The notes below the pieces were generated by a model, which saw only the letters and a list, made by a program, of their open reading frames with translations, did not search any database and was not told the origin of the DNA. A DNA stretch of 64,000 nt from Ginglymostoma cirratum (taxonomy: Eukaryota): assembly GCA_024137785.1 (NCBI GenBank), contig JAHRHZ010000043.1, forward strand, positions 32,968,334 through 33,032,333, given 5' to 3'. Below are positions 51,776 to 64,000 of this stretch, piece after piece; position 1 is the stretch's first letter, and every line of letters begins with the position of its first letter. A program made the translations under genes and the position numbers.

Positions 51776-52194
51776 ATTAAAATTACAAGAGCATTTATGT
51801 TGTCCTACGTCTATATGGTAGGATTTTGCAGACAAGGAGCTGCATGTATGGAAATAGCTAAGCTATACACTACTATTGACAGGTGAGTGCTGGACAGAAA
51901 CCAAGTAGGTAGAATTTATTTTTCTTTGACTCCAGTCTAGCTCCATAATTTGGAATAGAACTTGCATTTGCCAGCACTCTGTCATGTCTCTCAAAGCCAC
52001 ACAGTGACATTGTGCAATTCTGTTGGCCATACAGTTTTTCTCCATGAAGAGAGGTGTAAGGCTGGTGAGCAACTGCCACTGAATAAATCAGCCATCAGTG
52101 GAGCCCTTCTGCTTTCAGGTTCTGTGGATAGAGGTATCAGACCAGGTTGTGAACTCTGCCTGGGGACCTAGTACATGGCATGATGTCACCGTGC

Positions 52195-52385
52195 CTATGG
52201 GTTGATTAGCTCAGTTGGCTGGATGGCTGGTTTGCAATCTGGTATGATGCCAACAGGACAGCTGAGGTCGCCTCCCCTCCTTACCCCTCACCTAAGGCAT
52301 GGCAACCGCGAGTTAATCTCACTGCCAGTTGTCTCTCTGTAATGAGGGAGCGTCCTATGATCCTCTGGGACCATGGCAACTTTGG
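52195..52385 (+). mobile_element. tRNA-derived SINE, with a 3' fragment also at 42593-42657 (-)
   Basis: A-box TAGCTCAGTTGG. Tail agttgtctctct...ctatg...ctctgggac.atgg..acttt matches the reverse complement of 42593-42657. Confidence 0.55.
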
Positions 52386-55300
52386 CTTCCTTTTCACTTC
52401 GTCAGTCTGCCCTACCATCAATGAAGCCATTGTGTTTATAAACCTGCAACTATGCTCCCTTTCTCACTTTAGAAGGATCCCTGAGTTGAACACAATGAAA
52501 TTTGGTTTACTTAAATGTTGACACACAGATTCTACTGTATGACAGATAATGATTTTTTTGGAACACTCGGTGCTATTATAGTAATCCCCATCATTGATCA
52601 GCTTCTGATCTTCAGCTATACCAAGAGACAAATCCAACACACTATGAATATAAAAAAAATTACAGTTCTGTAGCTACGTATAATTAGCATAAGTAGCACT
52701 GCAGACTTTAGTAGCATTCGTGGGATGAAGTGGAATGTAATATAAATGGAAATGAATCTGGCTCCTGCAAGATTCAACCTTTTGATATCCATTTACCTCA
52801 GTGATGCCTCGGACTCAGCTGTGTGAGTGAATGCCACTGAGCTATTGTCAATTGCTGCTACATTAACTCATTAGTATGTGGGATGTTTGGGAATTCTGTG
52901 CCCACTACCTGAGGGATACCTGTGTTGAGCAGGGTGGGTGTTGGAGGCGGGTAGCATGCCTTCTCTTCATAACCATAATTTTTTTTGAAAAACACCATCG
53001 TCAGCATCAATCATCCTCGCCTAGCTCGGGAGTAGCAGAGGGTAGGTGCACAACGGGATTTTAGATAAGCTGCAGACACGTACCCCTGACTGCACCAGCT
53101 TGACTTTTTCAATTCACACAAGTCGCTTTTTCAGCAGGGAGATTTGAACTCTGCTGCTGTAGAGTGGTGCGTTGGGGGCAGGCCAGGGATGAGGGTGTTC
53201 TGTAACCAGTCTGTATGTATCATCACACTGACACGAATGTCAAGTGACTCCACCCCTTGGTGAATCTCTCAGCCTCGGAGTTACCCTTCTGCAGGCATTG
53301 TCAGAGCCCAGACAGGTCATCCATGATCACTGTATTCAACTGCACATGGTGCTAGTGCTGAGTTAAGACTTCACTTAATGTACTACAGACAAACAGTCTT
53401 CTAGGACAAATGGTAACCAACTTACTCATCTTTAACCAGGAGAACTAAAGCATCTGCCCGAACAGAGAGCCATTCGATGCCAATGCCAGAGACGGTGGCA
53501 GAGATTGGTGCTAACAGCACTGCAATGATGTGTCACCATATCAATGGTGTTGTAGTTACTGCTTCGTCTCCAGCCAAGCAACCCCACCACACCCAGAAAC
53601 ATTACTGCAATTATCTGAAACAGGCAGGACTTGATAGCAGATCGCATGGGTTCAAATTTAAAATCTATCAAGTTTGAAAACTAACGACAACTTTGTGACC
53701 CTCAATCCTGATGGAGGTCATCCTTTTTAGTCATGTTTGATCATCTGTTTGTGACTTTTACAAACCAGCAGGGTATGTTTTTGGAGCCTGGCAGCAGGAA
53801 ATAATGAACTCTGGAACTTTTAGGTTGATTTATCGGCAAATATTACCCAAAGTGGAGCTGGGCTACTCAAGTCCTTTTGCTTGATCTCTGGCTAGCCAGT
53901 GGCTGTTGTGATTCCAAAAGCTTTAGGAGCCCATGAGCCAGGGAGGAAAGGTATCAGCTCTGGTCAGATAACCAAACACCGACTCCTGTTGGAAGCTCTT
54001 TGACAACTAGGGGAGCGAAAGATAAGACTCAGTGTTAATGACTTGCAAGATGAATGGCCTATTACCTCTCACAGTCAGATTTCACACAGGAAAAGTGCCA
54101 GTGAGGTAGCAGATAGGAGGAAAAGGCAGTTCCCATCAACTATATCCTGGTATAAGTCAGTATCTTCAAAAAAATAAACAGTAAAATTAAGTTGAAGAGT
54201 GGTGGAGAGGAGAAATTATTACAGGAGGAACCTTAACAAGCTCTTACTCTTTACCAAGCATCTGTTAGCTACTAACAGTATATTGGCCAGGCTATTAAAA
54301 GTCCATCAAGGTCTTATTGAGTCTCACCTGTGGGTGTTCACCTTCGAGGGCTGTGTGGTCTGAGTGAGGGAGAAGTACAGTGTAGGAACACAACTACTAC
54401 CATCATCTCCCATCCCTCCCCCACCATTCCCATCGTTCAATTATTAATGACAAGGAATAAAGGAGGGAGAAAGCAAAGCAGGTAGCTTCCTTAATTTTTT
54501 GAGTACATTATCAACTGGGGAGTATGAGTAATGCATTGGGTACCATACCTGGAAACAGATGCAGTGCTTCCTGTTTTGCCAGGAAGGGTCTGTTTTGGGT
54601 GCTTTCTACGACGCATTTTTGGTGACATATTGCCCCTTTTTCTCTTTGCAGTGTATCAAACTGTAATGACGGCCTACCACAAAAACTGATGATGGTTTCA
54701 TGCTTGCTTCTCATCTCTGTGCTGCCTTGATTTTAGTGTCCATAATGTCTGCTTCAAATGATCCAACTCTGCTGATTCTGTAACAGGGCTTGAAATTCTC
54801 CTGAGCAACCAAAATAAAACAGTGCCCACTACTTCCGCAAGTGGGCCTGCAATTCTATTAGAAACCTTTGCTTCCTTTGAAAGGCAGGTATAGGCTTGAG
54901 AAAGGGAAGGAAGGAATCCAGAAACAATGAGGTTAAGTGATGATAACAACACTGTATCATCGGCACATCAAACAGAAAGGCCATGTCTATCACTACACAC
55001 CAAATTTGAAGTAAAAGCGAATGGACAACAAGTCTTTCACCGCTAGGGAAGGATGAGGGCCTATGCTTATACGTTTTCTTCACACTAGCCATCTGATGTC
55101 ATCAATGAAGGCATTCAACTTGAACATGTGACACATTTAGCCGTGCACTAGTAGTGCAACAGTAGGCAGGAACTTGAAAGTCTTGACTTCTGGTTTGCAA
55201 GTCAAATGTTCCAGATGAGAGAATAACTTTAAGATGTCTCAAGTTAATTTTGGGCCTACTTCACTACAATATAATCAGTTACCAGCAGGACCTTATACAG

Positions 55301-56843
55301 TTTGTAAGGGACCATCTCCCCATCGAACACCACCCCCCCCCCCCACCTCCCAAAACCTGGTCTTATAATCTCCAAGGAGAGCTTGAAGCAAACTGATAAG
55401 CTATTCAAGTGTGTACCAGTTGTGCAGGTACTTGGCAGAAAGTAAATGAATGCTCACCAACTATCTTTGGGAATTGAGATATTTGACAGACAATAGCCAT
55501 ACGTGTCCACAACGCATGGTAATAACTTATTTCTTAAGGGTTTGTTCTTTCCTAATTAATATTAGTTCCTTTCTTTGCAGTTGCCTGTACAAGTGTTGTG
55601 AGGCCAAACCTGTTAACATGTCATCAACAATGCCTTCGTTCAGTTGAACCTTTGGCTGTCTATGATAGCAGCCAAGTAAGATATCTCTAATTTTTCTCTA
55701 CCCTCCAATTGGTTTGGCCTGAGCTTGAGGACTTTCCATTGCCACCCATTATGATTGTGACTGTGGCTGATAATGAGATCCCAACATTCCCGGCCAAGGT
55801 CCTACATGTGCCTCTTGATGACACTGTTTATTCTTTCTGTTAAAGCTCCTTCCCCGTCAGTTGGCAGATTTCCTGCTCTGTTATTGGTATTACTCTTGTC
55901 TTGGCTGCTGCAATGTGAATGTAAAGGAGCCTGCGTTGACTTGCTGGCAAATCAAGTGAGTTGTCTCCCTCTGGAACGGAGTTATTCCAACTCACCATCT
56001 TCCCTAGATCCCTTCCCTGGAATTGAAAATTCATACAAGCATGAAAGTTTGGTTTTTCTCTACATAGTTGATGAAGGCTCCACCAATCACCAGAGTATGA
56101 GCAGCCCACATTAAAGAAAGCCATGCAGGGAACAGTTCAGTTGAGTTGAACGATTCTCCCAGAATTCAACAGAAGTTACATTTGGCTTGTGCACTGCTCT
56201 ACGAATAAATATTTAGATAGGAATTTGAAACATAAACTAAACGTGGGTGTAAATCCAATAAAGAACAAGATCAGGCTTCCATCCTTTATTCAAAAATCGT
56301 TGTTTAAGAAAGTTCCAAATTTCTAGAAACACATTGGCAAGCGAACTTTTATTTGACTCTAAATTATAATGGCTCCAAACCCATTTGCTAAAAGACCAGT
56401 TACAATGCCTATCTGTTTGATAGTGAGCAATGCTTCTAAATTTAATACTTAGGACTTTCTCACTTTCCTTTGAGGAAAAGGGATAAATGAGAAAGGTAGA
56501 ATGTGGCAATAATTTACAGAAGGTGAAGCGAGAGAGTGAATCAGTATTCCCATGTTGAAAGGAAAGGATAATAACAAAAGCTGGTCTCAACACTTCAGGG
56601 GAGAGCGTTGGACCTCCCTGTATGAAGTGAATTCCAGCATCATTCCCAGAATGAAAGTTCGGTTCACAGCAATCAATTGAGTTTATAAATTTCAAGCCCT
56701 GATGGTGTACTGTTCTAAACACACATGACCCTCCTCTACTCTCATTTCAGCCTTTTCATCCAGGACTGCTGATTGAATTGACATGAGATGTTTTGCTGCG
56801 GTTTGCTTGTTTAACGTGAAATCTCTGTCTTGTCCTCTCTCAG

Positions 56844-56941
56844 GTATGATGAGTCACCCACCAATCCCCATTGCGGAGCTAGCTGAACATACGGATCACC
56901 TGAAAGCCAATGACAATCTGAAGTTTTCACAGGAGTATGAG
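56844..56941 (+). CDS. ptprs: PTPRS exon, wedge region before D1, 98 nt
   Basis: ctcag|GTATG...TATGAG|gtaaaa. Encodes [32 protein letters not shown]. Confidence 0.95.
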
Positions 56942-59084
56942 GTAAAATGTGAATTAACCTGAAGATTAATTGAAACTTGCTTCCAAAGCAGAAACCAAAT
57001 AGGCCAACCATCTTCCTATTCTCTGCCATTGTGTCAAATTCCGATGGATCAAATCTCTGCCACATGGAACTCCAGTACATACATTTTACTGAATCTTGTT
57101 CAGGCAGAATAATAACTCATTTGGTATTACTGCCATGAGTTGTAACACAGGTTTATGGCTGTGGTTCTGTATCTAGAGAGATCTTGGCTTCTGCAGGGGC
57201 TCAAACAATCAGCAGAAATTAGCATGCTTCAAAAAGGTTTTTTAAGAGAGGATGCACCAGGTCAGTATCATAACAGTGTGTAGATTCTTAGAGCTGCTGT
57301 GAAACTTTGAAAGCCTCCAGAATTTTCTTCATAAACCCCTTACCATAATTGATAAGCATGGTTCTTCCTGCTGTCTGTAAGCTGTTTGGGGTGATTAAAG
57401 GCGAGCTGTCGTTTTAATCTCTCACACTGAACAATTCCATGAAGCAAGGTGACCTCTTTTGCGCCAGTGAATTTGGCTAAACATTTAGTGTAATTCGTTC
57501 ACAGTATTTGCCACATTATGTAAGTGTTAATTTGTGTTAAAGCATTAAGATTCACAGCTAAAATTAGGGCATGAGCTATCATTTAAATTTTCTCTTCAAT
57601 TTGATATAACTTCTCTAAGAGGGTTCTTGCTGTAGGAGCTCTCAACAGTTTGCTGGTAATGTGGTAATGACCCACACAAACCAGAAGTCCCTAGTTTCCA
57701 TTCCTGTGTTAACTGTTTTAATATGGAAACAAATAGAAAAGTTATTTATTTAACACTTGTGTTGTGGTCCGTGATGAGAAGTGTGCGTGTGTTTGAGTTA
57801 GCAAATGGAATGCCTTACTTCATTCAGTGAAAGAAACAGTATCAAAAACAAATTGAAATGAACAGTGATTTTACTTATAAATCTAAGAGATTATGTAAGA
57901 GAGCAGAACAGAAATGAACAGATAATTCTTTCAGAAAGCAGGTAATGTGGGCTAATTGATTTCCTTCCATTCCCTTGAGTTCTACGCTTGTTGGAGGGAG
58001 AAAATTAGGATGAAAGCTCTTCTACAGACTCATTTCACTTTTGTCCAACAGCTATCAAAGCTGGGAGAAGGGACCGTCATGGTGTTGCTCACTTCAAGTT
58101 AACACTGAAATGCACTGTGTCAGACTAAGTCAAATTTACTTTGACTGATGCTTCCCAGAGCATATGATGTGTGGTGAGGAGGGTGAAACTGCAGTGCCCT
58201 CCTGTTTGTGATGGGGAAAATCAGGGAGTTAGACCAAAATGCTGACATGTCTCTCCTGTGAGAGCTTTGGTTATTCTTTGGAATAGCCATGCAATCTCAA
58301 CAACGATAAATACTCGTACTGTGGATTGCCTTTAGTGTGATAAAGTTCGCCAAAAGGAATATCTTCAAGAAGAGTGGAGAGGCAGACAGAGATAGAAAGG
58401 GAACTGTAGAGCTCAGGACCAAGCAAGCCAAAGGCATGACTACCAGTAGCAGAACAATTAGGATCAGTAGTGCTCACAGCAGTAAAGTTGTGAAGGTCAG
58501 CCCAATTCAAAATTATGATAACTTACAGAATAAAAATGATGTTGAAAAGTATGTGAACAGAAGAATACTCACCTCCTCAGTGTTAGAAACTTGAGGACTG
58601 TGCAGTCTTGGGTCAGTGCTCAATGGAGTCCATTCAACAGCAAAACACAGTGCGCAATTTGGCAATGATTTGTTAACCCATTAAGTGCTGCCACAAACTG
58701 GTTGTCTTGGGGAATACAAAAATTGTTATAGCAGAGCAGGAAGGAATATTTTTCCAAGAACAGAAAGTGAGGCATGTTGTTGCGGTAGAGTAGGGAAATT
58801 TCAGTTTGCATCGAATCATATTAAAGCTGGGAGTGCCTTAAAATTGGTAAACAGTCCCAGTGCCCAGCCCTAACATCTGTCATTTTCATAAATACGGAGA
58901 TTGAACATACTTTTTTTATTCAATCATGGGACATGGACATGATTGGCTATACCAGTATTCATTGCCCATCTGTAAATGCCCTGGATAAGGTAACAGCGAG
59001 CTGCCTTCTTGAACTTGTGCATTTCTTGGAGCGTAGGAATATCCCAAATCCTGTAATCATTCACTTAAAATCCATTTGCCATTT

Positions 59085-59430
59085 CTCATAATGTCAGGAG
59101 GGGTTCAGATGGAGCAAGTAGGGAAAATTCGTCTCTCATGTACATATGTGGGCATTGAGAAGGTCATACATTTAAAATAGTCAGCAATAGAACCAGAGGG
59201 CAAACAAAGAGAAATTGTTTCACATTGAGGGTTTTGCTGATCTAGAATGCACTAAAGAGTTACAAGTTTTTAAAATGCAATTTAGCATGTATGTGAAAAG
59301 ACCTAATCTGCAGGCTTATAGGGAAAGAGTGGGACTGAGGTTTAAACTGAACATCTCTTAAAAGAGCAGTCACAGGCACCACAAGCTGAGTAGTTGCTTT
59401 GGCGCCGTGTGATTGTATAATTCTATGCTT
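59085..59430 (+). mobile_element. CR1 LINE 3' fragment
   Basis: Similar to the 3' regions at 7300-7460 and 51450-51770. Confidence 0.55.
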
Positions 59431-59790
59431 CTGGTTTTGTTTGAATCTCCTTGAAAAGGCTAATGGTGCCAAGCATTTAACATTAGATAGCTGACTTCTC
59501 CTACGGCTCACTGCAGATCATAATTATTTAACTTGCCCTTTGAAGAACAATATGATTCCTAATTATAATCCAAACATATGCCTGCATCCAATTTAATGAG
59601 AAGGATTGGGAACAGTACATTGAATATTTTTATAATAGGGTCCCCCTTTGTCAGTGACTTCCTGCACATTAGTGTGGTATGATACCAAGCTCCAGCTGAT
59701 ACAATCTGCCCATATTTATATCTGTATATATTCTACACAGACATCCCTTGCAGTTAGTTTGACTGATTCACATCAGCAGTTAAAGGGTTT

Positions 59791-60003
59791 CAGAGACAGT
59801 AGGAACTGCAGATGCTGGAGAATTTGAGATGACAAGGTATAGAGCTGGATGAACACAGCAGGCCAAGCAGCATCAGAGGAGCAGGAGGCTGACGTTTCAG
59901 GCCTAGACCCCTCTGAAGAAGGGTCTAGGCCCGAAACATCAGCCTTCCTGCTCCTCTGATGCTGCTTGGCCCGCTGTGTTCATCCAGCTCTACACCTTGT
60001 TAT
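59791..60003 (+). mobile_element. Penelope-derived foldback element with hammerhead-like core (59913-59940)
   Basis: Inverted arms of about 80 bp centred near 59915. Core CTGAAGA-AGGGTCTAGGCCC-GAAA-CATC. Flanks agcagttaaaggg / agcaattaaaggg may be a TSD. Confidence 0.85.
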
Positions 60004-60408
60004 AGCAATTAAAGGGCATTTTAAAGGCTGTGGTTCCTTGACAGTTCGTACATATTTGCACAAAAATGGAAGCACTGCTCCCGCAGAGCTGCTGTCTATT
60101 GCTGCTCACAACCTCCCACCCTGGGGGCTGACTTGAACTTTGAACGATAGTTGCAGAGCGAGTTGGCAACATGGGGATGAAAATTGGGAGTAATGTAGAA
60201 AGGGCCGCCAATGGCAAAAACAAATTATGAAGCAATAAATAATTGTAGCAAATGTCTGGAACTGAAAAACATGATTTTGAATGTTTGAATCAGCAATGAG
60301 ATGAAGTGCAAGTTGAATAAAAAAATGCCCATTTACTTAAATGAACCATAAGTAATGTCTTTCTCTCTGTTACCTTCCCTCTCTTCCTTTGTTCCTTCAA
60401 CCTTTTAG

Positions 60409-60532
60409 TCAATTGACCCTGGCCAACAGTTCACATGGGAGCACTCAAACATGGAGGTGAACAAACCCAAAAACCGATATGCCAATGTGATTGCCTATGA
60501 TCATTCCAGAGTTATCTTGGCACCAATTGAGG
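60409..60532 (+). CDS. ptprs: PTPRS exon, start of D1 PTP domain (KNRY motif), 124 nt
   Basis: tttag|TCAATT...GAGG|gtaagt. Encodes [41 protein letters not shown]. Confidence 0.96.
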
Positions 60533-62016
60533 GTAAGTCCATGAAACACTACAGTTATCCTTAGCTATGGTATTATGGAAAATTGTTGATGACAGCCCAG
60601 ACCATTCAATCTGCAGTGTTTCCTTGGGCCACATCATTGAGACCACTGAAGCAGTGAGTTAGTGAACTGAGCCTCTGTGTTCTCCAAAGGGAAAATACAT
60701 CAAATGGAAATGAGACCAACCTCTTTAGCAGCAAGAGTAGTAGATGCCAGCTTGATCAGCCATCTTGGACTGGGTTGACATGTTGCAATTTTTTTTATAT
60801 GGAAATATTCACTTAAATGAAGAAAAAACTGTTACAGTATTTATAATCATTTTATTTCATCATGCATAACCCAAATCAATCTTACTTTTTGTATCAGGAA
60901 TCATGCATAAGTGGGCATGGGGCTGTCAGGACTGAAATGGATGAGGGCTGTCATTTACAATTTCCTTCATTACCTTGAATTATGCTAATGGAGTTGAAAT
61001 TAGTACTGAGTGACGCTTCATCGGAGTAAAAGATTATATGTAATAAATATATTGTATTTACTGAAGGAAGTGTAACCCAAATGCCACAATGCTGTGATTA
61101 GCACCACTCTGCAACACACAGCTTACAACTGAGGATGAGGTCTCAGTTTTTCTGAATGAATAAGGAGCATCTATGATCAGATAAAATAAGAAGATAGGAC
61201 AGAGAAATACGATTAGAATACTGAGCCCTACGACAACTGAGAGTGACAAAGGCAGTAAACTAACCAGCCCCATGTGGTGTCATTCTTATTGTTCCCACAT
61301 GGAACACTTGGACTGACAATCAGGAGCCAGGTCTTGAGAGCTGGTCTTCCACTGAGATTCAAGCCAAATCCCAAACAATAACATGGCCACACCTCATGCA
61401 TTTGTGTACAGGTTACGAGATTGAGTCATGGTCTAAAACCCACATGTCCAAGTTCGTCTGCAACTAATAGTTTTTGAGAGCAGACTAATGAATCCTTAAT
61501 CACCTTAGTGTGATATATGTAAATCTGTTTGATATCCAAGGCTCCAAATCTCAGTAAAGGAAATAACAGTAATTGGAGGGAGTTTTAACCTTAACCGGGA
61601 ACTCATTTCTGTTGATAACCCTAACCCTATTGATAGGTGCAAATTGCTATAGACTTGAGGCCCAGATTTGCCCCCATTGGGTTTGGAATTGACCTTTCCT
61701 TAATTGGAATACCTTGTGTGATAATGCAGAGTTCTCTTTCCCCATCACCCTCATCCTTTGAGGCTGCTTTGGTCTAGAATTGTTAAACAGCATGTACCCT
61801 TTGATCTGTGACTACAGACAGCATTGAGGAGTCGCTGCATTTTGAAAGTGCATGAGGACAGTTGCTCAAAAAATCTAGTTTGTGCTGCACTTGACAGTCT
61901 GAATTTAATTCTGACACAGGATGGGCTTTGAGCCTGGGGTGGGATTGGGTGAAACAGATGGAGGAGCCCCAATTCACTCAGGGCTGGGGAAGGTTGAGAA
62001 CAGTCTTCATGAGTGA

Positions 62017-62165
62017 AGGTAAAAAATCACACATCACCGGGTTATAGTCCAACAGGTTTATTTGGAAACACTAGCTTTCGGAGTGCTGTTTTCAAATAAA
62101 TGTGTTGGACCATAACCTGGCATCATGTGATTTTTGACCTTGTCCAACACCAGCACTTCCACTTT
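62017..62165. mobile_element. Foldback element of a different, probably Penelope-related family
   Basis: Arms aaggtaaaaaatcaca...gttatagtccaacaggtttattt / aaataaatgtgttggaccataac...tgtgatttttgacctt. Partial core CTCCGAAAGCTAG on the minus strand. Confidence 0.6.
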
Positions 62166-63269
62166 GTGTGTGAAAGCCAAATTAAAGGCCTAATCTCACT
62201 GCTGCTGGTATTATACCACTGGGGCACATACCATGTTGGGAGGCTATTAGATATACTCCCATGGTGGGGTGGGATTTCTCCTGTGTCCCACGGAAGTGCC
62301 CCTCATTGACATGGTCTGCACCTCTGAAAGCTGAACTCCACAGTGGAGTCCACCTTAGACCCTTGTTGACAACGTAGTGTATATGCTGTGGAATTCTGGA
62401 TTGAGTAAGATGCTGAAAGCCATGGTCACTGATGATGTGGATGAGTTCTGCTGCCTGCCCATTCTGTTCAGGAATTTGCCATTGGTTTACTTTCTGTTAT
62501 CTGCTGCTTCATCGAGCTGCTGTGCAAGAAATGCAACGTGTTTCTGTCTAATCGTCATTCCCTCTGCCACCGAAAGTTAGTGGTGGTAATGTTTTCACTG
62601 CTATTTGTGAGTATGTATACAATATATATCAAAAACTAATGGACAGGTTGTTGTAGAAGGTAATAGTTCTGAAAAGGATTGTGATGGAGACTGCCTGAAG
62701 TCCCACAGAACCTGATGATGTCAGGTGGGGAAAGGCAGAACTTCTTTACATTCTTGTAGGGTAAAGATCTATATCCACAGTCTCTCAATAGTCTGGATAA
62801 CAACGTTGCCTTATACCCTATTGCTATCATGAAACAAACGACATTTTGTTTAATACAAGAGTCTTGTTAAGACCCACTAATGGTTTTCCTCTATGACTAT
62901 GAGACAAACAGGCCTCATACCACTTCGATGAAGGTAAGATGCTATTGGCTGTACATCTCCCCAGCCACAGGCTGGTGATGGTCTGCATCAGAGCATGTGT
63001 AACCTAGGTTTCAGTGAAATTAAGCTTTAGATGTATCACTTCCCCCACCCCTGATGGGACACATTACGTTAATCCTCATCCATCTTACTCACCCTTCAGA
63101 TGCATTTCTAGGCCTATCCAGTTGCTGTTGGGCTTTTGTTCCACCTGCAATATTATTGTTGAATGACATCATAGTTCGTTGTAGTATGAGGCTGGAAATT
63201 GAGATTCAGTGGGATATAAGTGCATTTTGGGCACTAAAGGAGGTGGTGATGCAGTTGCAAAGGACTAGG

Positions 63270-63615
63270 GGCAGCATGATGACTCAGTAGGTGTCAATGC
63301 TGCCTCACAGCGCTAAGGACTATGGTTCGATTCCAGCCTCGAGCTACTGCCTGTGTGGAGTTTGTACATTCTCCCCGTGTCTGCATGGCTTTCCTCCAGA
63401 TGCTGCAGTTTCCTCCCACAGTCCAAAGATGTGCAAGTTAGGCGGATTGGCTATTATAAATTGTCCACAGTGTCCAGGGATGTATAGGTTAGGTGCGTTA
63501 GCCATGGGTGATGTAAGGCTAAGGTAGGGGATGGATCTGAGTGAGGTCCTCTTCAGAGGGTCAGTCTAGACTTGGGCCATATGGCCTGTTCCACACTGTA
63601 GGCAGTCGATGATTC
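63270..63615 (+). mobile_element. HE1-type SINE
   Basis: Same head, core and tail as 29697-30054. Confidence 0.8.
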
Positions 63616-64000
63616 AGCTTTAATTAGAAATCTAATCAAATTTTCTAAAGACATGAGTTCAAATCCCGAGAGCTTTCTACTCATTACTTTACAAGTGTAG
63701 TCGCTATTGAAATGTAGAAAATATGGTTGCTGATTTTGCAAACAGCATGCTCCGACCATAGCAACAAGATAATAATCAACATAAAACTACAGATTATTTG
63801 TTTATGGGATAAACAGGGGAGGCAATGGTCTAGTGATATTATTGCTTGACTATTAATCCAGAGTCTCTCGAATTGTCCTGGGGATCAGGGTTCAAATCGC
63901 GCCATGGCAGATGGTGAAATTTGAATTCAATTTAAAAATATCTGGAATTAAGAGTCAAATGTTGACCATGAAACCATTGCCAATTGTCTGGGAAAAGCCA

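Noticed and set aside
54651-54690. Coding exon after the strong acceptor ttttctctttgcag
   Set aside because: In-frame TGA after 12 codons and no good donor nearby.
59830-60003. miRNA precursor or classical DNA-transposon MITE
   Set aside because: The arms are copies of a Penelope-like 3' end, the element is asymmetric with a one-sided extension, and TSDs are 13-15 bp. Small-RNA production is not excluded.
1744-60532. PTPRD or PTPRF identity
   Set aside because: [31 protein letters not shown] and the SPL.EP cassette fit PTPRS as recalled. A phylogeny or synteny check would confirm.
1-64000. Most short ORFs in the six-frame track as independent genes
   Set aside because: They are intronic chance ORFs, shadows of PTPRS exons, or repeat-derived. 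The real coding sequence is defined by splice sites.
60533-64000. Next D1 exon (DYINAN motif)
   Set aside because: Not found, so it presumably lies beyond the window.

Overview
Eukaryotic, cartilaginous-fish (shark-like) genomic DNA. The whole window lies inside one plus-strand gene, a LAR-family receptor protein tyrosine phosphatase, most likely PTPRS. I place 15 GT-AG exons with consistent phases, running from about FN3 repeat 4 through the furin site, transmembrane helix and juxtamembrane region to the start of the D1 phosphatase domain. They include the 27-nt meC (WETDDTAEY), a 12-nt NKPD microexon and a 42-nt juxtamembrane cassette. Introns carry CR1/HER1, Rex1-like and other LINE fragments, HE1 and Deu-type SINEs, a probable solo LTR and a 5'-truncated Penelope-like element. 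Two observations stand out. (i) Several short foldback elements, some matching the Penelope 3' end, carry hammerhead-ribozyme core motifs and have 13-15 bp target-site duplications. (ii) A candidate in-frame 69-nt juxtamembrane exon at 45341-45409 is one I do not recognise from mammalian PTPRS. Homology statements are from memory of the families, not from database searches.
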